Source of the DNA: Hamiltosporidium tvaerminnensis FI-OER-3-3 | Lineage: Eukaryota > Fungi > Microsporidia | NCBI GenBank assembly: GCA_022605425.2 | Contig: CM061247.1 | Coordinates: 1,302,001-1,366,000, forward strand | DNA length: 64,000 nt | Direction of reading: 5' to 3' | Shown: in pieces, positions 1-11,447 of the stretch | How the letters are laid out: every line of letters starts with the position of its first letter | Position numbering within the stretch: position 1 is the first letter of the stretch | Translations under genes and position numbers: made by a program | The notes under the pieces: generated by a model | What the model was told of the DNA's origin: nothing | The model's input: only the letters and a program-made list of their open reading frames with translations | Database searches by the model: none

Positions 1-376
1 GAGAAAAAGCACGTTTGGCTTCTCTGACACATAAACCAGATATTTTCCGATAAAAAGATAAAGTACTGCTATGTAATAAAAGTATGGCTTTTTGTGTTTT
101 AAGGATGTGTGATTTTATAAGAATTGAATAGTTAACACTGAGTGCTGTTCGTATGTTGGTTGTGTTTTCTGCTAATTTTATTTCTGTTTTTATTTCTTTT
201 AGAATTGTGCTTATCGTGTGGGAAGAAGATTTGTGTGGTGGGTGGTTGTTTGTATGTGTGGTGTCACAAAGAAGTGTGGCTAGTGTGGGTTGGTTTATGG
301 TGGATAGCTCTGTTGGTGTAGGGAATGGTGTATTATGCTCTTCGAAGAGTTTCTTTAGAAGAGTAAGATGTTTCAT
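1..376 (-). CDS. INO80: 5' part of a probable INO80 chromatin-remodelling ATPase (start of DBINO domain); runs off the window start; not in the ORF track
   Basis: ATG at 376 preceded by a CCC motif (aaacccattaATG on the - strand). Frame open to base 1: MKHLTLLKKLFEEHNTP...ILIKSHILKTQKAILLLHSSTLSFYRKISGLCVREAKRAFS. The last ~40 aa resemble the DBINO pattern (I.K..R......S.....KK.A.LC.RE.RR). The ATPase domain is not in the window. Confidence 0.55.
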   Translation of the reverse strand, partial: MKHLTLLKKLFEEHNTPFPTPTELSTINQPTLATLLCDTTHTNNHPPHKSSSHTISTILKEIKTEIKLAENTTNIRTALSVNYSILIKSHILKTQKAILLLHSSTLSFYRKISGLCVREAKRAFS

Positions 377-666
377 TAATGGGTTTTAGTTTTTGTTTTT
401 TTTTAAATTTAGATGGCTGTTTTAGAAAGGAGGGTGATTGTAGAGTGTCTGGTTTGATTTTAAATGAACATGATAAAGGGTTTATAGAAGATACGAAGAA
501 TGGTTGAAAATAAAATTAAATAAAAAATTATTTATTTAGGGGGTAATGTGGAGAAAGGGTGCATTAAATAGGAAGAAGGAATCTGTGATATAATAAATTA
601 TCCTGTTAAATGGTATAATAGATAAGAAAATGTGTAATGGATAGGAAGAAGGAATAAATTTATATA

Positions 667-900
667 AGGTTCTTTCTGTTGATAGGTTTATGGAAGTGAG
701 AGAGTAGAGTATATATTTAAAGTTAAAGAATAAGCAATTAACCATTTTCAGGTTCTTTCTGTTGATAGGTTTATGGAAGTGAGAGAGTAGAGTATATATT
801 TAAAGTTAAAGAATAAGCAATTAACCTGTATCAGGTTCTTTCTGTTGATTAAAGGATGAAAAAAGTAAAAGCAGAAGAATATAATATTTAAAGTTAAAGA
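667..900. repeat. Tandem direct repeat, ~82-bp unit, two near-identical copies plus a degenerate third
   Basis: aggttctttctgttgataggtttatggaagtgagagagtagagtatatatttaaagttaaagaataagcaattaacc at ~668 and ~750; partial copy at ~833. Confidence 0.9.
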
Positions 901-1139
901 AGAAGGAAAGGAATTGATTTATATGAGGAAAAGAAGGATTAATGAAGAATTTGTTTAAAAATGAATTTATTGAATGGGTTTTAATTTAGACATGGCAATT
1001 TAATATCAATTGCATGTTTTTTTGAAGGAAGGAAAAAAATGTAAATCAATTAATATTTACAACGGTAAATACGCAGAATTAAAGAGAAGAAACTTGGTTT
1101 GGAAATGAAATTTTTCATCTGTATATCACATATATTATT

Positions 1140-1875
1140 TTTTCATTATTTCAAAGTATCATCTTTTAAAAACAGTGGCAAGTTTTATATTTGTTTTCAT
1201 GACATTAACGCGGTTCTAGGTTTCAGATAAATAACTGCTACCCCATCACTCCATCGGTAACCCCTGCGATACCTACGTCCCAAAGCCTTTCATCTACCAG
1301 GTGTTTAGAACCTAATTAATAGGCGAGGTAGTTGCCTGGAGTTCGTTAATGTCCGTTGCATGAAGTGTGATCGAAGGCCGAAGCCCTTTTGGGCTCCCCC
1401 CCCCCAAGACTATGCAGCATTTCCACTTACTCTACACTTTCTGAACCCAATAAACTTCTAGCTAAGATTTATTTCTGAGATTTACATGGGGTCCACCTAG
1501 ACAGTGCAATGTCATACCAATAGATATAACCTGCTACTTAGCCTTCCTGGCTTTTAATGGTTTTAATTTTTATATCTCCCAGGCGCTAAGTCTTTTTATC
1601 CGAGTAAGGCATGGCTAGGTTTCCATACTTTTACATGAAGATTGCCTATAAGTTCGGCCGCGGTCTACAATCTAGTTACACAAAAAACTACAAATAAATT
1701 CGCAGAAAAAGTTTCGCCATTTCGTAGACCTCTCCTCCTCGTAACAACTCGCATGGAACACCCGAAGATGTAGTGGGTTTTATTCCCACCAAAAATCCAA
1801 ACAATGATCTCACACCAATTTCATACACTCATCGCCAAGCAGAAAGTTTTTTATGTGGTTATCCTCCCTCCACCT
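1140..1875 (-). mobile_element. Family A ~730-bp non-coding retroposon-like element, copy A1 (inverted relative to A3/A5)
   Basis: Reverse complement of 17934-18665 over its whole length; flanked by cacatatattatt (1127-1139) and caaatatattatt (1876-1888), a 13-bp TSD with one mismatch. Confidence 0.9.
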
Positions 1876-2356
1876 CAAATATATTATTATAAGTAATAAT
1901 ATATTTTATGGGAAACATTTAAGTTTGTATTTTTGAGAATTTGAAATTCGGATTTTCTTTATATTTTTTAGGTGTACTATATGATTAATCAATCTAGAAG
2001 TTAGATTGTACAACTCAAGAATGTTCTATGCTTCTTTTCTTGGTAAACACGAAATAATTTGTTGTTTGGGTTGTTTGGGCTAAGATACGGAAGATTGATC
2101 GCATAACCAGTCATGTGTCGATTGAATGATAATTTCAGGATTTTTGATAAAAAAATGTAAAATAATACCTGGATTGGTAAATAAATAAAAAAGAACGATG
2201 AGTGAGGAATTTGGGTAAATTTTGGAAAATACTTTGTTTATTTTTTAAAATTCATATAGTAGCAGTAGTTGAATAAGCCTGAAAAATATACAATGATTTC
2301 TCAAATGTGCAAATATATTATCATTATTATAGCTTGAGATCTAGGTAATTAAAAAA

Positions 2357-4100
2357 ATGTGGATAGAAATCGAAAATCAAGACTCTTTATAAAAGATTCA
2401 AAATTCGATAAGCAAATATTTATAAGATTGTTTGCTGTTATTTTTTCGAATATTTTCTTATAAATCTGATCGAAACATTTGTTTTGAAACTATTGATTCC
2501 GTAATTTATTTAATTTTGAAGTAAATTTATATTTTCTAATTTTCGGATCAATATTTAGAAAATAAGTGGCAAGAAAAATTGGGTTTTTTACGAGAAAAAT
2601 AAATGTAGAAAGAGAAAGACTCCTCATTCAAGGCATGGGTTTTTTCTTCGACTGTTGATTTTTTAAAATCTTTTAATGTTAGAAGAATTTTTATGTGTTC
2701 CTCAAGGAATATTTTTAGTTTCACACGTAGATATTTCCCTCCGCCATGTCGGGAGCAGAATTATCTTGGAAATTATCTGCTTATCGTAAGAAGCGACTAA
2801 AATTCACTGCTCTTCCAGGTTGGGCGTATGGCTACAACTCACTCTTTAAAACCACCTTGTTTTGAAGCCCAAAAAAGTAAACGAACCCACTTGAAAGAGA
2901 CCGGCGGGCAGCATTACACAAGAAGACCAAGGCTCGTGCAGGGTCGAAGTGCCGAAGTGCCGAAGTGAATGAATATTTATATAAAAAATCTATCTAGTCA
3001 AACTTAAGTAACTAATTGAAGATTATATTTTAAACAGGCATATTTTAATTAAGATATATCCATGTTATTTGTTTTGATGATATATATATTTCTTAGTTAT
3101 TAATTTATACTTTAAAGGTGTGATTTTACATAATTTCTAATCCTATATATCTGCTTTTTAATAGATTTTTTTACCAGTTTTTATTCCGGTTCAAAATTTA
3201 TTTTATATAATTCATTGAACAGAGTGACTCCTTATTTGCTTTGTAGACTTAAATTTAAATTATATAAGAAGATTGGGATAAGTATCTGTAACCTTATTTT
3301 AATGTCTGTATTGCGGTCTAGAACAGACTTACTATAATTCTATTTAATCAACGGAGTAGTTAAGAATAAAATATTTTGTAGGTTTTTTATACATATATGA
3401 TATTTGTCATTCACATAAAATAATAAAGATTTTCTGTTACCTTTATTTATGTTTTAAAATAGTTTTAAAATTGTATTTTAAAGTTAAAATGAGCGTTTAT
3501 AAAATTTATAAAATAATTGTCGTTATGATTTCATATGTTTCTATAAAAATAATTAAAAGAAAATTAAAATTAGAAAAACCATGTCTATAAAATTTTAAAT
3601 AATTCAAGTTAAATTAATGGATATTGATTTTCAAAGATCTTTTTCAATATTTTCATTTTGGAAAAAACAAGTCAAATTATATCAAAACATATTTTATCAG
3701 ATTATATCATATCATATTTATGACATGATAATGATAAGGATTGATATTTTATAGGAAAGAAGTTTAAAAGTATTTTTTATTATAGTTTTACAATATAATA
3801 TTATCATTTAGAGTTTTCACAGAAAAATACACAAAAAGAAATATAAATGTGTTTAATTGCACCTCCATGGTTTTATTCGATTAAATATATTTTCTATATT
3901 GATATTTATAAAATTAGAAATATTACAAATAAAAAAAAATTGATGTAATCTAGTAATGTTTCAAAAATGCAATATTTTAAAGAATTTGAATGAAAAAAAT
4001 TTTATTGCAAATTTTTGGTTCATTTACGAATATACAACACATATATGAAAATTTAGATGATATAAACAAATAATTTACTTTGCTAATGTGTCCAAAGTAT
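2357..4100 (+). pseudogene. Decayed member of the LRR-like family (relative of 29441-31780), interrupted by a family B element; 3' limit uncertain
   Basis: Begins ATG TGG ATA GAA ATC GAA AAT (MWIEIEN, versus MWIVNSEN at 31780). Nearby out-of-frame segments read NIYK and DCFAVIFSNI (versus DIYKHCFGISYQNI). Many stops and frameshifts. Confidence 0.4.
2737..2975 (+). mobile_element. Family B short bipartite RTE-derived non-autonomous element, copy B1
   Basis: Colinear with 53468-53712 (ctgcttatcgtaagaagcgactaaaa; ggttgggcgtatggctacaactcactc; aaagtaaacgaaccc; ccaaggctcgtgcag); ends in short tandem repeats (cgaagtgc)n then gaatgaat. Confidence 0.75.
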
Positions 4101-4317
4101 TTTTGTTGTAAAATAAAAGTTACGTTTTAATAGTTTTATATGTTGGAATATTTTAATTAAAATAAAAAAATTAATGTTTTTATAAAGAATCAAGACAAAT
4201 TATTTTATTCAAAATTTTCCATTAAGAATATATTTGTTAAATTGAATTCCTCTATTGTTCGAAACATAGCTTTGACATATTTTTCAAGATGAGGCTTAAG
4301 AGAATTAGATAGATATA

Positions 4318-5232
4318 TTATAAAGCATTCTTGGAAGTATTTATCATGAGTGTATATATAGGCAATCGAATTCTGCAGTTTTCTTTTTTTTTTCTCGATA
4401 AATCATACGTAAAAACATAGCTCGATATGCCGATTTCTTGAAATACGTCGACCAAAATATTTTTAAAATAAAAATTTTGTTTGAATTTGGAAAATAAATC
4501 ATTTAAAAGATTTTTTTCATACATTTCATTTAATTCAAACGAATATAATAATTCTAAATTCTCAGAATTCATTTCAGCATTTTCAGTAAGAAATTGGTTT
4601 TCAAATAAATATTCCCTATTGTTTAAATTTCTACAAAATTTATCATCATATATAAGTTCAGAAGAAGAGTTGTTAGGGTTATTACCAGAATTTCTTATGA
4701 ATAAACTTAATTTTTCTCTAACTTTCTTAATTTTATTGTCAATAAAATCATTACGGTCAAGGCTTTTCCATTGCGGTGTATTTTCGATTTCCTTTGAGAA
4801 GTAATCACTGGTTATTTTATATTTATCAATAATAGATTTTAAAACAGTATTTTTTAATTTATAAATCAAAACTGGTAAGAACTTCCAGAAGCAGTTCTCG
4901 CCAACAAACTTCTTAGATTTATAAGCCTGATGTTTTTCATTCCATTCCAAGTTCATAAATTTAACAAAATGATTTTCAACATTTCTAGGATAACGTTTAA
5001 TCACGTTATTTAAGATATAATCCAACTCTGAACCTCTATTCATATTTAACTCTCCATTTAATACAAGACGCGTTATATAATACGAAATCATATTTAAGTA
5101 ATACTTACCGGCAGGTTCAAGTTGTTTCAATTCAAATATTTCATTCTCACAATTATTATTCGAAGTATTTGCTTTCTCAATCAAAAAAACAAAAATTAAA
5201 ATTTTCAGTACAATTTTGGAAGAAAATATCAT
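4318..5232 (-). CDS. Hypothetical lineage-specific protein with signal-peptide-like N-terminus (304 aa)
   Basis: Intact ORF; hydrophobic N-terminus KIVLKILIFVFLIEKANTS; no recognisable domain. Confidence 0.7.
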   Translation of the reverse strand: MIFSSKIVLKILIFVFLIEKANTSNNNCENEIFELKQLEPAGKYYLNMISYYITRLVLNGELNMNRGSELDYILNNVIKRYPRNVENHFVKFMNLEWNEKHQAYKSKKFVGENCFWKFLPVLIYKLKNTVLKSIIDKYKITSDYFSKEIENTPQWKSLDRNDFIDNKIKKVREKLSLFIRNSGNNPNNSSSELIYDDKFCRNLNNREYLFENQFLTENAEMNSENLELLYSFELNEMYEKNLLNDLFSKFKQNFYFKNILVDVFQEIGISSYVFTYDLSRKKKENCRIRLPIYTLMINTSKNAL

Positions 5233-5749
5233 GGAATATAATTTAAAAGAATATAAATAGATTGAAAGTTTACTTTTTTAGTAATTTACATAAAAGGTTA
5301 ATTAATGCATTTCATTTTCGGAAAAAATGATTTTATTTTTTTAAAAGCCAATTTGGCAAATATTTTTGCATATCAAGCATAAATTTCCATTTCCATATAC
5401 TAAGCTTATCAAGTGCTAACTTCGATACCTTTTTTGTTGTTTTGAGTGAGTAATATAATTTACTAAAATTTATCCAATTTTAGTTTCATACTTATAATTT
5501 GATAGTCCTGGTTTCAGCTAAAATTAAATGCAACTTTTTTAAAAGAAAGAAGTATCAGTTTAGATTGCTTTTTTGAATTCGCAATAGATTTAAAAAAATT
5601 TTAACAGTTTTTTATTATTTTTTTAGAGGAATATGACAAATGCTTATGTCTAAATTCCAAGTGTTTGTTTAGTAAGTAAATTTATCGCTTAGTTTTTATT
5701 CAATTTTGTTAATTTATTTATTAGAATGTCAATATTTGAAGTTTTTTAT

Positions 5750-6452
5750 AGAATAATTAACCACATAAAAAACCATCTGCTTGGAATATGTATGTAAAAC
5801 TGGTGGAAGACCATCTTTTGGCTTTTTTTAAGACTGAAAACCACACCACATTTTTGATTGTTCCGGAAGAAGTTTTTTTATAGCAATTGCTTACAAAATG
5901 ACAAAAAATTTCCACAAAATCACAAAATTATTTGTAGTTTTTATGTAATTAGCTGCCTATCATGATTAGAATTTATAGGCAATCTTCATGTAAAAGTATG
6001 GAAACCTAGCCATGCTCCCTCGGGTTAGAAGACTTGGCGGCTGGGAGATATAATAATTAAAACCATTTAAAGCCAGTAAGGCTAAGTAGCAGGTTATATC
6101 TGTTGGTATAACATTGCACTGTCTAGGTGGGCCCCATGTAAATCTCAGAAATATATCTTAGCTAGAAGTTTATTGGGTTCAGAAAGTGTAGAGTAAGTGA
6201 AAATCCTGCATAGTCTTAAGAAGCCTAGAGTATTTTCGACCTACGATCACAATCCATGTAACGAACACCTGGCAACTTCATCGCCTAGTAATAGGAGTCT
6301 AATCTTTTATATGAAAAAAAATTTGATGTAAGTATCAACGGAGTGTTGAAAATCAAATATTTATGTTAAACCTAGAACTGCGTTAATGCCATAAAAACGA
6401 ACATACAACTTGTCCATCTTTTAAAACAAATTGTGTTGTTTGTTTAAATAAA
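5750..6452 (+). mobile_element. Family A element, copy A2 (diverged)
   Basis: aaccacataaaaaaccatctgcttgg ... aggcaatcttcatgtaaaagtatggaaacctagcc ... aaacctagaactgcgttaatg, colinear with A3; central 5970-6220 nearly identical to A3. Confidence 0.85.
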
Positions 6453-7265
6453 AAAATTTGTTATATAAGCATATAATATTATAAAATTCATTTTTAGAAT
6501 AATTATATCGACATTCAAACAAATTATTTTTCAAAATATTCAATATCTGAGCGCTTCTTTTCTTTATAAAGCTACTAAAATTAAAATTTAAAAATTGAAT
6601 GGTTTATTGTCTTCTATGAGACATTTTAAATCCAAAGTAATATATTTACTATAAATTATAATGATTATGATGAGCTTAATTCTATATTTTGACTAAATTA
6701 ACTAATTATTAAATTCAATTTTTTAATTATGACTTTTAATTTTCTAACAAAAGAAAGAAACGTTGGTTTAGTTATACAGTAAACATACTTTATTTTCTTT
6801 TTTTAAATTGTGTCTTTCTCTAAAATTGTTTATCCTTTTTGAATTAATAGAGAAACAGGAGGGTATTTTGCCTTTTTAAAATAAATAATAATTTAATTTG
6901 AAAATAAAACGGTGAAAATTTTTTAAACCAGAATTTTTTTAAATATAATTTGCAAAAAAATTAAGATAAAAAATAAGAGAAATTATCCTGAGCGTTTCTA
7001 TTTATAATAATTTAAAAAAGGCAGTTTAGGCTTAGAAATATTCTGTTAAAACCAAAATTATTTCATAAAAATTCTAATTTTTTTTCAAAAAAACGGTTAT
7101 TGATTTTACGAGAAATATAAATATATTTAAGAAAGTTAATAATATTAAATTTGGTTTAGAATTTTTTATACAGTATTTGAGTATTTAAGAAAGAAAATAA
7201 TTTTCTATTTCTATTAAATTCATACTATGATTAATATAAACCCTTATTTACATATTTTAACATTC

Positions 7266-7388
7266 TATTTCAATTATTTTTTTTAGATTTTTAATTCCTA
7301 AGCTTGTTATCTGTAAATATTGTGTTATAATTCGATTTCAATTATTTTTTTTAGATTTTAAATTCTTAAGCTTGTAATCTGTAAATCT
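7266..7388. repeat. Tandem duplication (~68-bp period) upstream of RPL24
   Basis: tttcaattattttttttagattt(t/a)aattc(c/t)taagcttgt(t/a)atctgtaaat present twice. Confidence 0.8.
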
Positions 7389-7449
7389 TATATTTTCAAA
7401 AATTCTTCTTTTTTTTGATTTTTAGAAATAAATATTTCTATCAAAATAA

Positions 7450-7455
7450 CCCTCA
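7450..7455 (+). promoter_or_regulatory. Microsporidian CCC motif immediately upstream of the start codon
   Basis: aaCCCtcaATG; the same arrangement occurs at 9518-9523 (CCCCttATG), 22340-22345 (CCCCttATG), 35986-35992 and 381-383 (- strand). Confidence 0.65.
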
Positions 7456-7877
7456 ATGAGGTAGGTGTACCATATATTTATATTAATTTAAGAGCTGGAA
7501 TATGTGTTTATAGTGGTCATTCAATACCAAAAGGAAAAGGACTTTTACGTGTGGGTTTGGATGGAAAACAAATATTTTTAAGAAATAAGAAAGTTTTAAG
7601 TTTCGTAACAAGAAAAATAAGTCCAAGAAGTGTTAGATGGACACAGGCATGTCGTATTCAACACAAGAAAGGACTAAGTAGAAAAACTGGTGGTGTTCGA
7701 AGTGTAGTCAGACCGATGAAAATTATAAGAGGGTTTGATAATGTACCCAGTGCTTTGGTTAAGAAAGAAAAAGAAGTAAAGGAAGAGGGAAGTGATGTAC
7801 GAAGAGAAAAGATACAGAAAGTTTCTGGGGATAGAAAAGTTTATAGGAGTAGTAATTTGGGAAGAGGAAAGAAATAA
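7456..7877 (+). CDS. RPL24: 60S ribosomal protein L24 (eL24); join(7456..7460,7493..7877)
   Basis: Spliced protein MRAGICVYSGHSIPKGKGLLRVGLDGKQIFLRNKKVLSFVTRKISPRSVRWTQACRIQHKKG matches the eL24 pattern C.(F/Y)SG..I..G.G...PR...WT...R..HKKG. Confidence 0.92.
7461..7492 (+). other. 32-nt spliceosomal intron in RPL24
   Basis: GTAGGT donor, TTAAT branch-like site abutting TTAAG acceptor; removal puts the CCC-preceded ATG in frame with the eL24 body. Confidence 0.85.
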
Positions 7878-7896
7878 AATATTTTTTATTTTAATG

Positions 7897-8215
7897 GATT
7901 TTATATTTCTCTATGTTTTTTAAGCGGTGGTATGTTTAGTACAAAAGGATTTTAATCTTTTACATTTTTTTTTATAAATTTTATATTTCTCTATGTTTTT
8001 TAAGCGATGGTATGTTTAGTACCAATGAATTTTTCTTTTACATTTTTTTTATAAATTTTATATTTTTTTTAAATTTGGTGGTATGTTTGGTACAAAAGGC
8101 TTATAAAATTAAATTTTATTTTTATAAATTTTATGTTTTTCCATGTTTTTTAAGTGGTGGTATGTTTAAAATAAAAGTTTATAAAATTAAATTTTCTTTT
8201 TTATATTTAGTGGTA
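7897..8215. repeat. Degenerate tandem repeats downstream of RPL24
   Basis: Three to four units containing ttttatatttctctatgtttttt-aagcg(g/a)tggtatgtttagtac. Confidence 0.7.
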
Positions 8216-8781
8216 TTCTTAAAAAAAAATCATTTTTCTTTTGCTTATATTTTTAAATGAAAATTTAAATAAAAATTAGTTTGAAAATAATTTTTATAAA
8301 GTTGAGATGAGTAAAAAAAAGTTGGAAAAAATCTTTATTAATAAAGAGGTTTCATTTATTTACAAAAGAACGGTTGAATTACTAAAGAAAATTCTTATTC
8401 ATAAAAAAATAATTCTGGCTTTAAATAAATTCGGTTTATTTAATTGACTTTGAGAAAGTTAAATACAGTAGAAGAAAGGAAAATAACCTATAAACAAGTG
8501 TTCATTTGAATTATTTTTTGACTGTGAAGTATTTTAAAACTTTTAATTAAAAAGGGTTATAAAAGGAATATTGTTTGATCAGCATTTCTAAATATTTTAA
8601 TTCGTGAATTTATATTTTGTTCAAATCAAAATAATAAAAATTAAAAGTTGATTTTGAATTACAAATAAAAATGTAAATGAATATTCTAAAGGAGTATTAT
8701 TGTTTCTAGAAAGAATGAACTTTTATTAAAAAATATAATTAAATCATACAAATGTTTAATAAGACTTTATTTAAAAGAATT

Positions 8782-9351
<570 letters not shown>

Positions 9352-9523
9352 TCAAATGTTTAATAATAAGAATAATTTTTTATATTATTACATTCTTCTG
9401 GTTATATTTGATAAATTAAAAATATATAGCATAGTTTTGTTTATGCATGGTTTTATTTATTATAAAATTTACAATTTTTTTTCAACCGTTTTTCTAATAT
9501 AAAAAAAATTAAAAAAACCCCTT

Positions 9524-10780
9524 ATGGATAAAACGGAAGCTATGCGATGCTTAAAAGCATCAATACAGATGTATATGAATATTCAAAAGAGGACCAAATT
9601 GCTTCGAGCTGCTTTAAATCAGATAGAGACACATGAATGGAATCAACAAATGAATGTAAAGCTAACAAATGAGCAAAAATTGCTTGTTTCACAAAAAAAG
9701 AATGTAACGTTACTTCTAACCGAAATGGAAGATCTTTTAAAACTTGATATAGACGAGGAATATTTATTTAAAGGAAAAATGACATCAACAGACATGTTGA
9801 ATGAATGTATAGCTGCTCTTTCCGACTCTTTGGATGATTTTAAAGTAGAATTTAGTGAAGAATATCGTGCTATTCATTTAAAAGATGATGATTATATAAA
9901 TGGAAAGATTGAACAAAAAAGTTCTGAAAAAGAAGAGATACCCTTCGTTATTGATGGGTTGACTACAAAATTGAATTTAAACGAGTATAGTCCCATTGAA
10001 AGTGTTAAGAACGTGATGGATAAATTGAATGATTTGTGTTTGAGCGATGAAGAACCAGAAAAAAGTTCCGAAGGTCATTTTGAAACGAAAGAAGAGAAAA
10101 AAACAATCCAGAAGCAAGATTCTTTCAAATCCGAAGAAAAAAAAATACAAAAAAATAAAAAAGCATTTATTAAGCAAAACAAAATACCATTAAAGGAAAC
10201 TGACAGTACGAAAGTTAACAATGCATTAAAACAATTTGAAAAAAATCTTGACACTCAGAAAACATCGAATTTACAATTAAATTCCCATGAAAAGTCATCT
10301 TCTTCTGTTACCGCCAAAAAAAACGTTACAGACAAATTTCGAAATGATAATCGTGAGAATAAAAGAGATACGAACTATGAAAATACAAAAAATAAAAAAA
10401 ATTTAAAACCCGATTTTGAAAACCCAAATTTTAAGAAACAATATGATAATAAAGGATATCAATACAGAAGAAGACCTTCTAATCCAAATAATGAGGTTTT
10501 GGAAAGAAAGAAATCCTTTGATGAACATTCTACTTCTTTCGGAAACAATTCTTCTCGGAATATTGGTAATTATGAAAATAAAAACGAGTTTTATCCAAGA
10601 AATAACCGATCAAATCGAAACTTTTACTATAAGAAAAATTTTAATACCGATATTCCATCTAAGAATTATAAGACGTCTGGGAGATACAATAATTCTTCTA
10701 CGAATATTTCTACAAACGACGATACTAAATCACCTAAAAATACTTTATTTGATTTAAAAACAGAAAAAGACAACGAGTAG
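9524..10780 (+). CDS. Hypothetical protein (418 aa): N-terminal helical hairpin, long K/N/R-rich disordered tail
   Basis: Intact ORF with CCCC-tt-ATG context; the N-terminus NIQKRTKLLRAALNQIE...KLTNEQKLLVSQK loosely resembles the Caprin-1/PYM-type helical hairpin. Confidence 0.85.
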   Translation: MDKTEAMRCLKASIQMYMNIQKRTKLLRAALNQIETHEWNQQMNVKLTNEQKLLVSQKKNVTLLLTEMEDLLKLDIDEEYLFKGKMTSTDMLNECIAALSDSLDDFKVEFSEEYRAIHLKDDDYINGKIEQKSSEKEEIPFVIDGLTTKLNLNEYSPIESVKNVMDKLNDLCLSDEEPEKSSEGHFETKEEKKTIQKQDSFKSEEKKIQKNKKAFIKQNKIPLKETDSTKVNNALKQFEKNLDTQKTSNLQLNSHEKSSSSVTAKKNVTDKFRNDNRENKRDTNYENTKNKKNLKPDFENPNFKKQYDNKGYQYRRRPSNPNNEVLERKKSFDEHSTSFGNNSSRNIGNYENKNEFYPRNNRSNRNFYYKKNFNTDIPSKNYKTSGRYNNSSTNISTNDDTKSPKNTLFDLKTEKDNE

Positions 10781-11447
10781 ATTGATTAAAAGTGGAATGG
10801 GTTTATTAAAAGTGGAATGGGTTTATTAAAAGTTTCTTTCTTTTTATTTTTATTATTTCTTAATAAAAAAAACCGAATTAGGATTTTTTTAAATTAGTAT
10901 TTTGTGGTTCTCACTACGAAATTAAATGGATTAAAAATATTAATTCGGTTTTTTTCTTATAGCTTAAGCTAAGTCGATAAAACAAGGATTTGATAAATAT
11001 AGGCTATTACTATCAATTAATTTATAATTTTTCAATCTTTTCTAATCAATTCTATAATTAACTAAATTGAATTTATTGATTTAAAATAAGAAAAATCATG
11101 AAATACTAAAGAATTAAATCTATTATTGAGTGTTTTGCCAATTATTATTTCTAATCCACGTCTTTCAAAGTATAAAGCATTAAAGATTCAATGTAAATTT
11201 GTTTTTAAATCAAAGTTTTGCTTTTTAAATGCAATTTTTACATCCAATTTACAAATTGAAGAAGTCATAATAATATGTCTTTATACTTACTTTTGTATTT
11301 AAGATTAAGCTTTTTAAAAAATATAAATTTATTTAATTAGAATATAATATAAATCAAACTGTTTTATTTCTAATAACTGTAAAAAGTATATCGAAGGCCG
11401 GAATTCTAAAAAAATATATGTAATCTATTTTTTTACTAAATAAAATA

